From NCBI GenBank assembly GCA_025786725.1, contig JAHLTZ010000015.1:496001-560000 (forward strand): DNA of 64,000 bases. The letters run 5' to 3'. A program made the translations under genes and the position numbers. The stretch comes from Syncephalis fuscata S228 (taxonomy: Eukaryota; Fungi; Zoopagomycota). Under the pieces are notes generated by a model. It did no database searches and was not told the DNA's origin. It saw only the letters and a list, made by a program, of their open reading frames with translations. Shown here piece after piece: positions 1-16,618 of the stretch (positions within the stretch are counted from its first letter, which is position 1; each line of letters opens with the position of its first letter).

Positions 1-1577
1 TAATATATATATATATATAATTCACATATTGTATTACTGACCCAAAGTGCTGATGCTGATTCGAGTGAGGCCATACTACACGCATAATCAAGCTGAAGTA
101 AGCTTTTACACAAAAACTCTTTGGCCTAAATCAATTATTTAGTTAGCCTATTTCTATCAAACTACCATTACGCACCTCAGCTGGACTGGGTAAAGTAATT
201 GGACGTGGTGGTGCTTGACAATTCAATTGTCGATGAATATGCGAGTCAAAGGCTAGATTATTTACAACCATTAGTATCATTCTCGGTGTACTTATTGTAG
301 TTGCTGTATTTACCAAATGAAACATCTTCATCAGTGGATAATGGCTGTACTCGTTCCAATGCTTGGTGGGCTAGTTGTAACTCACGCTGAATAGATTCAT
401 ATCTAATACCAGCTCGGGATATCATATCCAATTGAGCTAGACTTGCTAGAAAGTGCTAGAAAATATAGTTAATTACATAATCCATATTAATACATTTAAT
501 TATTTACTTGTCTAAACTGTAATCTATTCAATACTCCATTAATTAAATCCAGTTCTGCATTTGAGGTCGTTTCTGTTTCCTCGTATTTACTAATAATCAA
601 TTTCCAATTATGTCCTGCCTTTTCCAATAATTGAATTCCTTTGAATGGTGCTGCGTCATGTTGAAATGACACACCAAAACTGCTACAACTAAAATCTTCC
701 TCCTATTCTACATTAACACCATACTTTTTATAATCCGTACTATTATACTTACTTCATATATATTGCCTTGTGACATTTCTCGTAAAATCAATCGATAACA
801 CTCAATAAGACCCATCACATAAGTAATTAGTGTTTGATGAGCATGCAATATTCTTTCCGATGTAGGTATCGATGGCCATGCACCATGAACATCATAGTTG
901 GTCTCGCTAAAAGGTTCTTTTAGACTATTCGTATGCATTACATACAAGCTAGTAAATAGAGTTTGTGCTAGCGTATTACCCGATAACCAACTCGTCTATG
1001 ATAAACATATTATTAGTTTATACTTGTATCAATTAAATACACTTGTACTTACCTCCAGCACCATTAAATGATCCAACACTGCTATCAATTGAGATAAATC
1101 ACCTGATAACAATGGTGTATTGATATCAAATATAGGAGACGTATCTGTTGTTGTTGTCTCTATAGCTGTTGTATTCAACGCCATTCCCGTGTCCATCTTG
1201 GGATTCATAATCTTTTCATAATATTTGTATTATTAATCGCTTCTTATTTCATATTAATTACGATCTACTTACCACTACAGTACTCATAATATCCCATAGT
1301 GACAATCCCTTTTCAATGATCAATTCACCAATATCAAGTTCTATATACTCAGTTTAATAATGACGCGATATTAATTCATTTACTTTATTACCTTTTGTAG
1401 CTGTAGACAATAGGTCCGTAACATCTTATATGTATCGTTTGATAGAGCCACGGTGGCTGCTTCATTCTTTGATATTGAAGATGGTCCCGCGACTATCTCT
1501 TTATCTGTCCCTACTGAAAGTTGCTCTAAATTCAATTCTTCTACATTAAATGTTGGACGGTTCGGTGTTTCTGCCAT
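1..1577 (-). CDS. MAK10: NatC N-terminal acetyltransferase auxiliary subunit Mak10/NAA35 (multi-exon; 3' part runs off the window)
   Basis: Manual splicing gives GELIIEKGLSLWDIMSTVV|IMNPKMDTGM ... WLSGNTLAQTLFTSLY ... IYE|EEDF, matching the Mak10 motifs (MDPKMD, WLxGxxLAQT, EEEDF). ATG at 1577. Confidence 0.85.
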
Positions 1578-1843
1578 TCTAGTTATACTATTCTTCACAG
1601 TCCACAGGTAACTGTATCGTAATTGTACAAGTGGTTGGAAATAAAGACGAGACAAGAAAAGCAAAATCTATTCTATGTCGAAAGGAGCGTATCATTTTCC
1701 TATCTCTCCCTCGCCTTCTTTCACTTTACCTCATTCGTTACTCTTAACTCTTGTGCCATTATTTGTCATTGTTTATACTGCTATTAATAGTAAGGGCAAT
1801 ACTGCGACAATAGTTTTATTAGAATATTGTAAATATTTAAGGG

Positions 1844-2761
1844 ATGGCGCGTTCTATTGATCCCACTTCTACTACGACTACTACCACAATAGACCACAAG
1901 CTATTAGATGCCCATTTGGACTTCAGTGTACGAACAGCATCCCATACCGCTCGAGAATACGTAGTTACTTCAAAAGCACCATTTATAGGTATTGTTGATG
2001 TATCAATAATTACAATATTAGTGTTATTATGGAGTGTTTTCAATCGAGTAGGTTATTATACTATCTTATTAAATATAACTAATAAACAAAACAACTAGTT
2101 ACCATCTAGCATCCCTAGTATAGTTTTATTAGCTATATTTATTCTATGGGCCAATTCAAAACGCAATACTATACGAGAAGGTAATCAATCAACGCCTTTA
2201 TCTATATCATTCAACTGATATGAATGTCATAACTGTGTCATCATTAGAGTCATTGCTAGTTGTACGTGATTTTGGTCTACAAGTAAAGACAACCTATGTA
2301 GGAGGCCGTAATGTTACCCGAATGATTGATATAGCATGTGTTAAAGACATTGTTATTAATGAAGGCATTACCATGTTTCAAGTAAGTAGCAATAAATCAT
2401 TATATTTGGTATTAAATTCATATATTATAGGTCAAGTTCTACTTGGCCATCCTGGTTGATAAACAAGATAAAATGGTTATTATATTTGAAGTAATTACTA
2501 TAACGCACTTATACTTTTAGATATTAATTACATGCCATTTAGCATTTATTACCATCACTCAAAATATTACTAAAAGTCTACCGAGGAACACGAGCACTCA
2601 TGTATTCGGAAGAAGAGGATGTAGATGAAGAGAAAGAGGCGAAACACGATGGTACTACTTACAAAGGAAAGGAGAGACGAGATATGACGGATGATCATCT
2701 ATTTGAACATAATATGGATAAAGAAGAATACGAAGAATACGAAGAAGAAATAAAAACATAA
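1844..2761 (+). CDS. PIGH: GPI-GlcNAc transferase subunit PIG-H/Gpi15 (multi-exon)
   Basis: ESLLVVRDFGLQVKT ... DIVINEGITMFQV|KFYLAILV ... HLLPSLKILLKVYRG is the PIG-H domain. Hydrophobic N-terminal segments. TAA at 2759-2761. Confidence 0.8.
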
Positions 2762-2770
2762 CTTATTTAT

Positions 2771-4028
2771 TTACAACTCTACGATAACAGGTGCATCTTC
2801 ACCTTCTTCAAGTTCTTCTTCTTCTTCAAAAGGTGGTACCCATCCAAATTTATCTTGTAAAAATAATCTGAATTCTGTAATCTGTTCTATTAAATTGTTC
2901 ATATTGGATGGATATTCATTAGATGTAGTGTCTCGTTGTTGTGCCACATTACTAAATAATGTCTATAGTTGTTAAATATTAATTAGTTAGTAATAACAAT
3001 AATATATAGACATCTTACTTTTAATAGTACAGATATGAAATTATCTGATGAAAGCAAATCGTAAAAGAAATCATGAGGACATTCTTGTAATTGATGCTGT
3101 AACACCTCTATAATATTTAATAGATGATTAATTAATATAACTGTATTATAATAAACATTAAACACTTACGAAGGAAATCTACATAAAGTGTATTTCCCAT
3201 ACTTGACAACGCTTGTTCACTACCACATATTAAATGAGTAATACGTTTCCATTGTTCTAATCCTGAATAGTTGTGAGCGAGTAACAGTAATATAAATGCC
3301 AATTGCATCTCTCCTAGTAGACCCTTGTAGTCATCTAATAGATGTAAGCTAGTTATATATATACATATATATATGATAATTACCATTAAAGTGCTGTTTA
3401 ATAATCGATTGAAGTAACCACGTTTTATCCAACATGTTACGCGTTAATTCAGATCCAGTTGTTCCTTCACGATAGGATCGACGCACTTCAATAGGCGTGA
3501 ATCCTTTAAGTGTTGTTGTATCAGCACTACTATCCGGCAATTCGATGCCATGTTCATCTGGCTGAGTAATATCAAGTATACGTTGATTTGACGGTAGAAT
3601 ACGACGTGCAAGGTCAGGTGAAATATAATTACTTAATTGTCGCCATATAGTATACGTTTTAGATTCGAGTGGATACGGTGCAAGGTTAGGATCATAATTA
3701 CGAAGTTGATCCCGGTAATGAATAGATACATCGCCTTTAATCGCGTCAATAGGTTCAAAATCTTCAGTATCCAAATTCCAACGCCGTACAGTATTTCTTG
3801 TTCGTCAAAACTATGTAGAAACCCGTTACGTAAACCACTCTGACCGACTTTATCGGTCACGCTATAATAGATCAGATGGATACCAGGTGGTATCATTTTG
3901 ACACCTTGAAAGCGTGGACCTATAGTCCAACTGTTGTAATCAATACCGAATTCAAGTCCATCTGGTGCATCAAGCAGTAATAATACTGCATACCGATAAA
4001 ACAATTGCTGTGCCGTTTCTTGATCCAT
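2771..4028 (-). CDS. AAR2: U5 snRNP assembly factor Aar2 (multi-exon; apparent 1-nt frameshift near 3790)
   Basis: EFGIDYNSWTIGPRFQGVKMIPPGIH, LAPYP, LLGEMQLAF ... SGLEQWK, C-terminal EEGEDAPVIVEL. Confidence 0.9.
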
Positions 4029-4214
4029 ATTAACTAATGACGATAATAGTAAATAGTGTAAATAGAGTATGTTTATATATATATATACTATATACTATAT
4101 ACTATATACTATGACAGTAAAAAAAGAAACAGTGTCGCTTATTTTTCTTCTTTTTTCACCTCTTAGCTTTTCTTTTATTTCAACGACATCGACATCGTCG
4201 TTTCAGTTCACATA

Positions 4215-6962
4215 ATGAATCACTCAAGCGATATCACCGATAACTTTGAAGCCTATACCAATAGTCTATTTGGCTCTTTGGTACAGGCGGTCCAACAGGC
4301 CAATACAATACCTAGCAGTGAAGACTTGTCATTTTATCGTATGCTTAATCGACCACTAGGCACGACACTAGATACTTGTAGTGGAGATATTCTTGATATG
4401 TGCAATAGTCTGCTTCAATATGTAGGTCGACCACCATCAGATCCATTTGAAGAGGCCGACGATGTTAGAGAACGGTTTGGTGATGTTGTTGATGCTGTTG
4501 ATAGTCTACTGGAAAGAACTGTAAGTAGAGGATATACATATACAGCAATAAGTAACTTTTAATAATTATACTATCCACAACGTCTATAGGATGTTTGTCT
4601 AGATGAAATGACTGGTAAAACCAATGAACGTTCAGTAATTACACAAAGTGCTCCTTCATTAGTTAAAATGTCTCAGGTAATAATAACTAGTTAATTAAAC
4701 AAATGGCCTGTTAATCTAATTGTAATATAGCCCAATTTAGACTATCATCTTATTCATGCCCAAAATATTGTACGGCCACAAATTAGATTTGCTGATAAAA
4801 TTGATAATACAAATCATATCCCATTTGTGCCCAAGATTAAAACAAAGCCTAATGCAAAAGTACCACTAGGCTATGGTGAGTAATAGTGAATACAGGTGTT
4901 TAACAATATTTGTAATATAAGAATCATAGGAATGCCAACATTACAAAAAGCCATTGATGATGAAATAACCGAAACAGCAGATCATCTACAGACTCATATG
5001 CAATCATTAGGTATTGCCGAAGGAATGATGAGGTAATAGTTGATAGGTTAATAGTTATAGAATAGATTTAATAATTATATTTAGTGCACCGCATCCGTAT
5101 GAATATGAATTGAAGCATATTGAATATCCAACCTGGTTGTTTAAACCAGTGACAGAAACACCATATACACTATTTGATGATACAGATGCTATCTGGGTGG
5201 ATACACCACAAGGATTACAGAATATGATCAATATTCTAAGTAACGTAACAGAAATTGCTGTGGATTTAGAAGTATGTAATGTTATATGATATGACAAATA
5301 ATTAAATATTAATTTAATTTAATTTAATTTAATTAGGCCCATGATTATCGATCTTTTCAAGGATTTACTTGTTTAATGCAATTAAGTACAAGAGAACAAG
5401 ATTTTATCGTGGATACATTGGTGCTTCGTGAAGAATTACACGCCATTAATGTTATATTTAGTAATCCTAACATTATTAAAGTAAGTATATACTAGTATAT
5501 ATATATATATGTATGTATGTATATATATGTATGTATAGAGCTATAATGACATTATAAATAGGTATTCCATGGTGCAGATAGTGATATTGTATGGCTACAA
5601 CGAGATTTTGGTGTTTATGTCATAGGTCTATTTGATACATATCAAGCATCACGTATATTAGGTAGAGTATATATATATATATATATATATAGTTGATTAC
5701 GTAAATAGTTTAATAATTGATAACTGATGGTTGATAATAGAGTTTGAACGACTTTCATTGGCATATTTATTGCAAAAGTATGCTAATGTTAATCCTGATA
5801 AAAGATATCAATTGGCTGATTGGCGTATACGGTTAGTAATTAATACTATTTATTAAATGAATATTTATATATCTTTATATATAATTGTATTAATATATTG
5901 ATATTAGACCTTTACCCAAGGAAATGCTATTATATGCTCGTTCAGATACACACTATCTATTATATATATTTGATCGACTTCATCAAGAGTTGATGGCTAA
6001 ATCAAATCCCGAAACGCTTAATTTATTACATGCTGTATTGGATCGTTCTCAAGAAACAGCTCTAAAGCGATATGAGAAAGAAATGTACGATGAAGAACAT
6101 GGTGAAGGACCAGGTGGCTGGCGTACACTTATTGCTAAATGGAACTATTCACTTAATACAGTACAGGTGAGTAGGAAGCATAATGAATAGATTTGATGAA
6201 TTAATGATACATTATTCTACTAGTTGGCTGTATTCCGTGCATTACATGCCTGGAGAGATCGTACAGCCCGTATAGAAGATGAAAGTACACGGTAAGTATT
6301 AATAATAAGAATAGTAACGCCGATGATAGTGGTATTAAGTTAGTTATTACCATCTTATAGGTATATATTGCCCAATCCAATGTTATTCTCATTGGCACAG
6401 AAGATGCCTACTGAAGCAGCTGGGGTCATTGGTTGTTGTACACCAGTGCCACCTCTTGTTCGTATGAATGCCACAGATCTTGCCTATGAGATTCAAAATG
6501 CCCGATCTGCGGCAGAACAGCAACAAGCAGAACGAGCAGCAAAAGTACGAGCCATGATTCAATCAACCGATGATACATCAATGAAAGCAGAGCATATTCG
6601 CTTTGACACCATGCGTAAGTATTCATTTAATTCTATATTAATATATTAATGTATTAATATTATATATATATATACTAAATAACTGGTTTAGAAGTGGATC
6701 AGCACAATGATACCTTAATGGATCGTGAATTACCCGATGTTTCCACCTTATTAGTAGAACATTCACAGCTTTTTGGTCATCATGCTATTGTATGGGTAAG
6801 ATAATGGATATGATTATTACAACTTATTAATATTGATTGATCTAGAAATCGACATCTATTAAAGCTATTGATGAATCGACTGAAGTTGCACAACATTTAC
6901 CAGAATTCAGTTTTATTCCTCTCGATCAAAATATCAATGAATGGACAGTTGTTCATCATTAG
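4215..6962 (+). CDS. RRP6: Exosome 3'-5' exonuclease Rrp6/EXOSC10 (many introns)
   Basis: PMC2NT-like N-terminus, [26 protein letters not shown]|[30 protein letters not shown], and an HRDC region. Confidence 0.93.
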
Positions 6963-7118
6963 ATACGATTAATGATTAAGCACTAATATGTTAATAATGG
7001 ACTTTTTAAAAATAAACATTATTTCCTTACAACAACAACATTTGTGTGTATTTATTAATGATTACGAAAATGAATCGATTCCCCCAACACTCAAGGCCAT
7101 CGAATCATTTATGGCTTG

Positions 7119-8637
<1,519 letters not shown>

Positions 8638-9301
8638 TGTTGTAGTGGATGTAGATGTGCTAATTTAAAACAATAGAGTGGTGTTGGTGTAGTGATAAGA
8701 GAAGGTAAAGAAGGCAATTTTATCATTAGAGAAATTTAGATGATGTCAGTATTATAATCCATATTACTTGATACAGCGCCATCTACAAGTTACTATTTAT
8801 AGACTACAATTACAATATACTCTTAAATAATAAGTTATTAGTGTTTAAATGATCGTTATTACATGTATTGAATAGAATAAAGGAATAATTAGCTATTAGT
8901 CTACTAGAGATATTGAATTATTAATTATTAAAGTAATGCATTATTATGTATATTCAAATATGAATAGATATTGATTCCATGTTTATCGTAATGTTCATGT
9001 TATTACTAAAATGGTTATATTTACACATTCAATATTAGTTGTGTAATATAAGAATAGTACTATTTTGTTGCGTAAATAATCAATGTTCAGTAAAACCTTA
9101 TTAAATTAACTATTCTACTCATATTATTATATATTTAGCTACATTATTTAATACTAGAAATGAAAAGATTTATTCAAGAAAATTAAAGCATTGACTTTTG
9201 CTTTTACAACGGATGTGAATTAGCAAATGACTCAGTCATAAGAGACATCATTTTAGTGACAGTCGATGTATTGGATGGCAATACTGCTGACGATACTGCT
9301 G

Positions 9302-12177
9302 CTACTGCTGATGATGATGATGTGGTGGTGGTGCAGGTATTTGGGATAGCATAACATGTTGTGCACGAGTAGTAGCACGATCCCGTCGACGACGTTCAGT
9401 AACAGCGGCTAATGCGTCAACAATAGCCATACGTTCTCGTAGTATATGTTCAAGTTGATTAAGATAGACATCTTGATCAACACGATTAAATCGGGCTGCT
9501 TGCCATAATCGATAGGAGTTATCGTGTGTTTGAGCTTGACGATCCAACGCCCAACGATGACAACCTAATACGAAATTCCACGAAGGATCATCGGTAGGCA
9601 GGGCTGAATCTAATAGTAAATCTTCATCGGCATCAATATACTCTTGGAATAGAACACCACCACCACCCGCGGCGATAATATCATCACCAGGCAGTAGCGT
9701 ATTCATGCCTAATTCCTGCCAATTAATTTCCCTTGGTGGTAATATTTCTTCAGGCTGTGTGGAAACACTATCCGTCCTTGCATGATCGCCAAATAGCGAG
9801 TCACCGGCAATACTTTCATTAGCTACACTGCCAACATCATCAAGATCAAGCAAATCAACATCGGCATCCGGATCGTCGTCGTCATCGTCGTCGTCCTCTT
9901 CAATGTAGTCACCCTCTTCATCGTCGTCATCGTCCACTTCGACTTCAACTTCCATCTCAATAAGCTCTTCTTCGTTGTTAGCATTAAGTTGTCGCACCAT
10001 ACGACGTACAGTTCGGTGGCGAATACGTCTATTACGACGCACGCGGATTGTTTTAACGCGGCGAGCATAGCGCAGTGTGTTGGAAGTGTGTTCAACACTG
10101 CCTGAGGCCGGAGTCACACAAGCAATGACGGCTGTATGTGCTTCAGGACTAATAAGCGAGTCTTTAAGCACAAGTGTAAGTTGCGATACACGGAATGGTA
10201 CATGGCCTAGTTGTGGCGTATTAAGCACTTGCCCATTGGCATTAACACCAGATGGACCGGCCATGGTTGATGTTGTTGCCACTGATATGGCCGATAAGGC
10301 CGGTGAATGTGGCGGTACACCATTCAAAGCCAATAAAGAATCATCGGCATGCTGTGTTGTTGCGGCATTAGCATCACTTGCTGGATCGACTGTCTTGCCG
10401 GGTGCCGGAATTTTAACGGCACTTAGTCGACTTAATGCACGAATACACTCTTTAAGTGCCAATAAACTGCGATTAATGCCACCACCTTCGACACGCTCCT
10501 TTTTACTGGCATTTTTTGCTTCGGCAGCCCGTTCACTACCCGCCAAATCTACTAAACTCATCTTTGCATAAATGCGGCGCTTTTTTTGTCCATCAACTAT
10601 ACGATCAAGTTCTTCGCGCAATATGACCTGCACTACAGCATGACTACGTGAAGCTGCCGCATTCAAACCAGTGCTGCCTACTGTACGATCGTTATTGCCA
10701 GCACGGATTAATTCCAAAGCTGCTTCGGGTGAATTAAGCGGTATTTCGCGTAATCCAATAACTCGATTACGTCCTTGCCGATCCGTTCGAAGCATACATC
10801 TATTACGCGACTGTAATAAATCATAAATACGATTCTGATGAATTTCAAAAAAGCACAAATAAGGCACAAGCTGAATATGACTTGACATGGTAGCCACTAA
10901 GTCGAATAAATCGCGTAATGCCATTTCATGAATACCAATAGTACGTGGTGTAGGCGATGGAGGTGCTGTATTGGCCGAATGTCCATGGCCTCGACTAGCT
11001 GAATGCGCCGAATTACGTATACCATCACTGCCAAACATAGTATGGGTTTTTCCCTATATTTAATTCATTAACATTGATTATAATTACAGTACAAATAGAT
11101 AGACTTACACTGCCTGTTTGTCCATAAGCAAATAAAGTAACACGCGCACCTGGATTCTGCATTGCTTGTATTAAAGGTTCTACCGATTTTGTATATACCT
11201 CTTCATTTGTTGAATGGCTATCGAATGAATCGTCAAATCGATAAGTTTGTGTGGCCATCGACATGCGTTTACGCTGATCAAATGTATCCAAACGCATTTT
11301 TGGCTCGTGTAAAAACATTTTAGCATAAGGATGTGTTGGTGTAGGCCGCTGTCCAACCGTAATTAATTCAAATTGATTAACGGCTGTTTCTATAGCATTT
11401 ATCAGTATTTGAGTCAATGTACTATTATTAATAGCTTACCTTTTGCATTCATTGGACGTGTACGCACAAATACTTTAATACGATGATTTTCTTCGGCTAG
11501 TGTCTCCCCATCGCCTGCACCAATACCAAGTGTTTTGGGATCGGTAGCGCCAATTGTACCACGTGCTACTCGTTCCATTAAACGAAGCTGGGCCGATTCA
11601 CGCCATTCATTAATCATTTGACGGAAGAAATGTGCATGTTCCGCTGCCGCCTCTTCCGGTGTACGATCAAGCTGGCGACGGACCTCTGCTGCACGCGCAT
11701 GTCGCTCCTCTCGATTCTGTCGTAACTTATCGGTATCAGGCCGTGACGATAAAACCGGCGATGGCAATGGAGATCGATTCGATCCGGTTGTGTGAATCGA
11801 GGTTGAAGAAATGTTAAATCGACCTGCACTATCGCCACCATAGATTGAATTACTACCAGTTTGCACCGTAATAGGCGGTAGCTCTAAGGTACGCGACCGT
11901 GCTGGTCGTCCTGCTACTGGACTATCGCCACTTCTTGTACTGCTGTTGGATATAATTGAGTCACGATGGCGTGCTTTAACGGTAGCGGCTTTCGGAGTAG
12001 GGATTGCTGTCTAGTGATTTTATTTATAGGCATAAGTAATAGTATAACTATAGACGCGAAATAGCGACAACTTGCCTCAATAGGAGTTACGCCCGACGAA
12101 GCGCGTGAAAACGTCTTACTTGGCATCCGAAGGCCAGAACGTTTTGGAGTGTCCTGAGAAGAATTATCTGCTGTCAT
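9302..12177 (-). CDS. Kinesin-13 (MCAK/KIF2-like) microtubule depolymerase with an internal motor domain
   Basis: Neck REERHAR...FRQMINEWR, IKVFVRTRP, FAYGQTGS|GKTHTM, SRSHAV, LVDLAGSER, kinesin-13 signature LLALKECIRAL, HVPFR. Confidence 0.85.
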
Positions 12178-13133
12178 GTTGAACTGTAAGCGCAATGCCT
12201 GTTGTTCTATCACGCATAGACCAGCGCAAGTCAACGAGTAGACGTTGAATTTGGCTGTATTATTACTACAACGACGCCGATTACGACAACTACTACTCTA
12301 GAAACGGTTGTAGTACAATATAGTTGCAAATTCACTAAAACAGAGGAAATCAGTCCACTAAAGTATAGAAGAAAAGAAAGACGGGAAACGTGGACAGTAA
12401 AAAGAAGCCGACAACTCAACCGTGAAAAGGGGAGTGCAGCGTAGTAGTTATCGGTTGACTTCCTGCCGTCTCAGGGGAATGTAGATAGATGGCTTTATTA
12501 GTGGGTGCGTGAACGTGTGGTGGATGAATGGTGCATGCATGTACTAATTTCTATGCATGTGGTTCTCATTCTGTGTAATTGTGTGTACTTGTGTGCGTGC
12601 GTGTGTGTACCTCATTGTGGTTATCGAGTATGAGTAGAGGGGAGGTCCATGCACATCATCATCATTGTCTGTATAACAACTATGATCAACATGCGGTGTT
12701 TACCTCGCATGTCGCTTATTTCACCCTTAATTTGAACAGACTTCATTGTAGTTATGGCTGTCTATTGTAGCATGTGTCTGGGCATGGTAATGAACCCAAA
12801 GATCAACGTGCTTATTTTAGTATTTGACAGGTGTCACATGCCGTCCATAAAAACGCAATTAACAGTACACACGCTTAACAACAAACGATAGCTCATTCGG
12901 CCTAGATGAGCAAATAATGATGCAATGGCCATGCGCTTACCCATCTCGAGCATAATGCACCGTCCTGTGCAATTAGATCAGTTTAACAATTACGTTATTT
13001 ATATGCATTATAATGAAGTATTGGCATGCAAATAAAATTATTTAATTGTAACTAAATTAATGTGTAAATCTTGGTTTTTTATTAGCCAGTTATTTAATTA
13101 TATCTAAACTAATCGCATTTATTAGTATTACTA

Positions 13134-15545
13134 TTAAAGATCATCGTGATTTATTGTTGTTGCTGATTCTTTAGCCTTGTTACTTGATTGTTCTAAAACA
13201 TTAGAGTTGCTTTTGGATTTACGTTCAAGCAGACAGTAGCGTCCCCAGTAGCGGCCATCGCCTTCTTCGCCATTAGATACAAGCCAGCTGGGCAACCAAA
13301 GTATACGTGACAACTGACGTGTGTGGTGCATCAAGATATGGCTCACAGTGTACTTCTTTCCATTCAGGGTGAATGTTATACCGTGGTTCGTGTGGGTCTT
13401 CACTCTTTACACGACTATGAGATAGTGAATTGTAGCGATGTGGAAAGTCAACGTCAATTAAATAGTTGCACTGATCTGCGTCCACCTAATTAAATAGTAT
13501 TAGCAATTGATATTCAATTCATCAACTATACCTACATATCGATCAAGCTCTTCTTGGTTTAAATCATTCATACTTGTAGGTACTGTTGAAGTACCTGGAC
13601 GCCAGCCATCTAATCTTTTAACTTGTTGGCCAGATAAGCTGGTTAATTGATGCTGTAAGGAAGTCGATTCGGCAAAGTATTTGGGTAGCAATCCACGGAA
13701 ATTTGATCGTAAGAAATAAAGTCTGGAATTTGGTGGTAATAAGTAGCTGCTAGGGAATCTAAACCATTCTTTGCCAACACAAACGCTTAAAGTAGTGTTG
13801 GATGAATTGAAATGAGCAGGCGCTGCAACATTAGATAAATACGAGTAAACAGATATGGGTGCATAATAGAACGAATAAATTCCGTGAAAGCGTAGTATGG
13901 ATATGCCACTTGTAATAACTATTAGAGCCATCGTACAACATGATAGCAATCTATTACGATAAGCCTACAGTTATTTGTTAAATAAACAACAGGTCAATAA
14001 ACCCGTACTAATACAACCTACCGATAGATGTTGAAGGTTGGTCGATACATAATCAGCTAAATGGCGGATTAAGCATAATGCAACACAAGCATTAAAGCAT
14101 ATAAGTGGATAGATTGGATAGAGGAAGCGCTCCTCTTTATGAGGCTGCATAGTAAATATCAATAGCCAAATATACATTGGCATTAAACGAATGGTAGACA
14201 TAATAATAGAGGATGTTGTTCCAGGATGACTAACTTGTAATGACTTGCCACCCATGAGTGTATTGAATATCTATTAATGCATAAATACAGTGATGAATAT
14301 TCATAGTGTTTAAATTACCAAAAGTGGGAGACTGCCTAATGCTAATAGCCATAGTAGATTAAAGTTAATTAATCCATTGGCTATATAGAACCACCAAGGC
14401 TCAGTGCCATAGAGATCAGGACCACGATCAGCACCACCTAGAACGTTGTATCGAACAATATTCCAAGGAACAATAACCCACTGACGATAGAATATAGAAT
14501 CAATGATAATCAATGGTAGCTAATATGTAATCGTTAGAAATAATGATAATAATATAAATGTTTATATACTTACTAGAACAGTAAAAAAGGCTACTACAAT
14601 ACATTTAGTAAAATGTAGCCATCGCTGTGGCATCCACTGTTGTCGTGATAATGGATCAGCTGGCGATAAATCTGATGCTGATTTATTTGCATCGTGTTTA
14701 TCTGAACGCTGTAGCACTACACGTTGATTACCACTAATAAATAGTTCTTCAAAAATAAATGGAATACCGATAGCGCCACTAAATGGCCATCCCCAGATTG
14801 CCCCAACGGCGAGACAAAGTGTAGCGCCTAAATACGCGATCCTACATGCACCACAATCGAGGGTGTGCGCAGAAAATAAGAGGCGGCCAACATACTTGTA
14901 TACATGGCAAAGGTCGATGGCAGAAAAGCTATACGACAATAGATTTATATAATAAGTAGTTTAAATAATACATAAAAATTACTTACCTGAAGCCGCTTGG
15001 GCCATACCCGCATTAAATAGTAGTGCTAAAAGTAAATAGCGTGCCACACGACGGTTGAAATGCTCAACCACGGCCGTGTAAAAGGTAGCTTCACATGCGG
15101 CACACATAATAGCCATGGCAAATCGCATGGCATAAAACACTTGTATCTTTATCGATATATTGATATGAGCATCACAGTTATCGCCGCCTATTAAATATAC
15201 ACCTACTTTATTGCTAGCTAGTAAAGTCATTGCACGACCTAGTAGCGCATGCAGACCAACATAAGCCCACGAGCGTATGGCATACTCTGGCGAATACTCC
15301 CAAGTCTGTAGCCCGTTGCCGTATTGCAAATAGTGTGCCGGTTCCCAGTAGTTATAGACTTCATCACAGTCGGGTATTGTTGCTTTTGCCGCGGTATATA
15401 GACGTACAATACAGAAGAATTTAAATGCAATGTTATGCGTTGGGCAATAGACACGGTCGTCAATATTGACTTTTGTTGTACTTTCTGAACTATCTACATG
15501 AGCTGTTTTTTGTCGGCTTGCTTGCCGTTTTGTGGTACGCGCCAT
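13134..15545 (-). CDS. ALG9: Alpha-1,2-mannosyltransferase Alg9 (GT22; apparent frameshifts near 14858 and 13320)
   Basis: DCDEVYNYWEP, QTWEYSPEYAIRSWAY, FLPSTFAM, GWPF, YGTEPWWFY, PHKEERFLYPIYP, CVGKEWFRFPSS, FRGLLP. Confidence 0.93.
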
Positions 15546-16618
15546 AACAATTACAATTAAATGAAATAGCAATAACGAGAAAGAGATATGTAAAATGTAT
15601 GTGATACAATGTTAACTGATTTAGTCTTGTTCTAACATGACCGCTAAAGATTGGTTCAATATGGTCTTACACCTTCAACTTGATTTATTCGTTTAATTAT
15701 ACTGGATATCTAGTTTAAGCAGGATATACATGCTATTATTAAATTCAAATCAAGACATAATAATAAATCCCATTAAATCCAAGAATAAATGACCTATTCA
15801 ACCATGCAAATGATAACATATTTGTGTACTTTATCAATTTGCTAACTTGCTTGCCATATAGTATGTGTTTTATAAGTTGGCATACTAATGCAACTGCTAA
15901 AATATCCAGATAAGACTAATATAAATCTATTAACGAATAAAGAACAAGTCAGCGGCAGTTATGCGTTACCCAAAGATTAGTTTTATTAATGTAGTAATAT
16001 TTTACTGTTTATTTAGTTAACAGTAGTATTAAATGACTGATCATGCAGTTCAATCGGCAATAATTGATTTTTATTATTATATTAATTTCAAGATGAATTG
16101 CAATGAATACAAGCTAATATTATTTCGGTATTATTCATAATATACTTGTAAATACAGTCGATTACAATGCTAGCATGTATTTATAAACTTCAGATTTTAA
16201 ATCGTTATTTAAATAACAATGCTATTATAATCACTTTAGTTTACATTGTTCACTAACATAGCGTATTTTTACAAGTATATTGTCAATATATTTAATCAAT
16301 TAATGTTAGTCTTTGTAAGCAAATAGAATATAAACATAGCTATAATAGCTTAATCAAACACAATTAAGATGGAACCACATGTTTATTACTACAAGTTTGC
16401 ATACTTGATTGCATACAAACAAATACAGACTTGTTGGTAATATAAGAAATCCATCGATTAAGGGTTGAATAAACCAGGGCATTGGCTGGGACTTGGTAGC
16501 TGAGTGGGCTGAGTGGTGTAGTTGTCAAATGATCTTGATTCTTGCCGAATATATACCTAAAATATATATAACTCGCAGTCCAATCATACTATCAGTGCCA
16601 ATATTTTGAATGCGCCAG

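Noticed and set aside
9823-10571. Overlapping alternative-frame ORFs within kinesin (similar cases in WD40, kinase and WW genes)
   Set aside because: Shadow ORFs of GC-richer coding sequence with no independent motifs.
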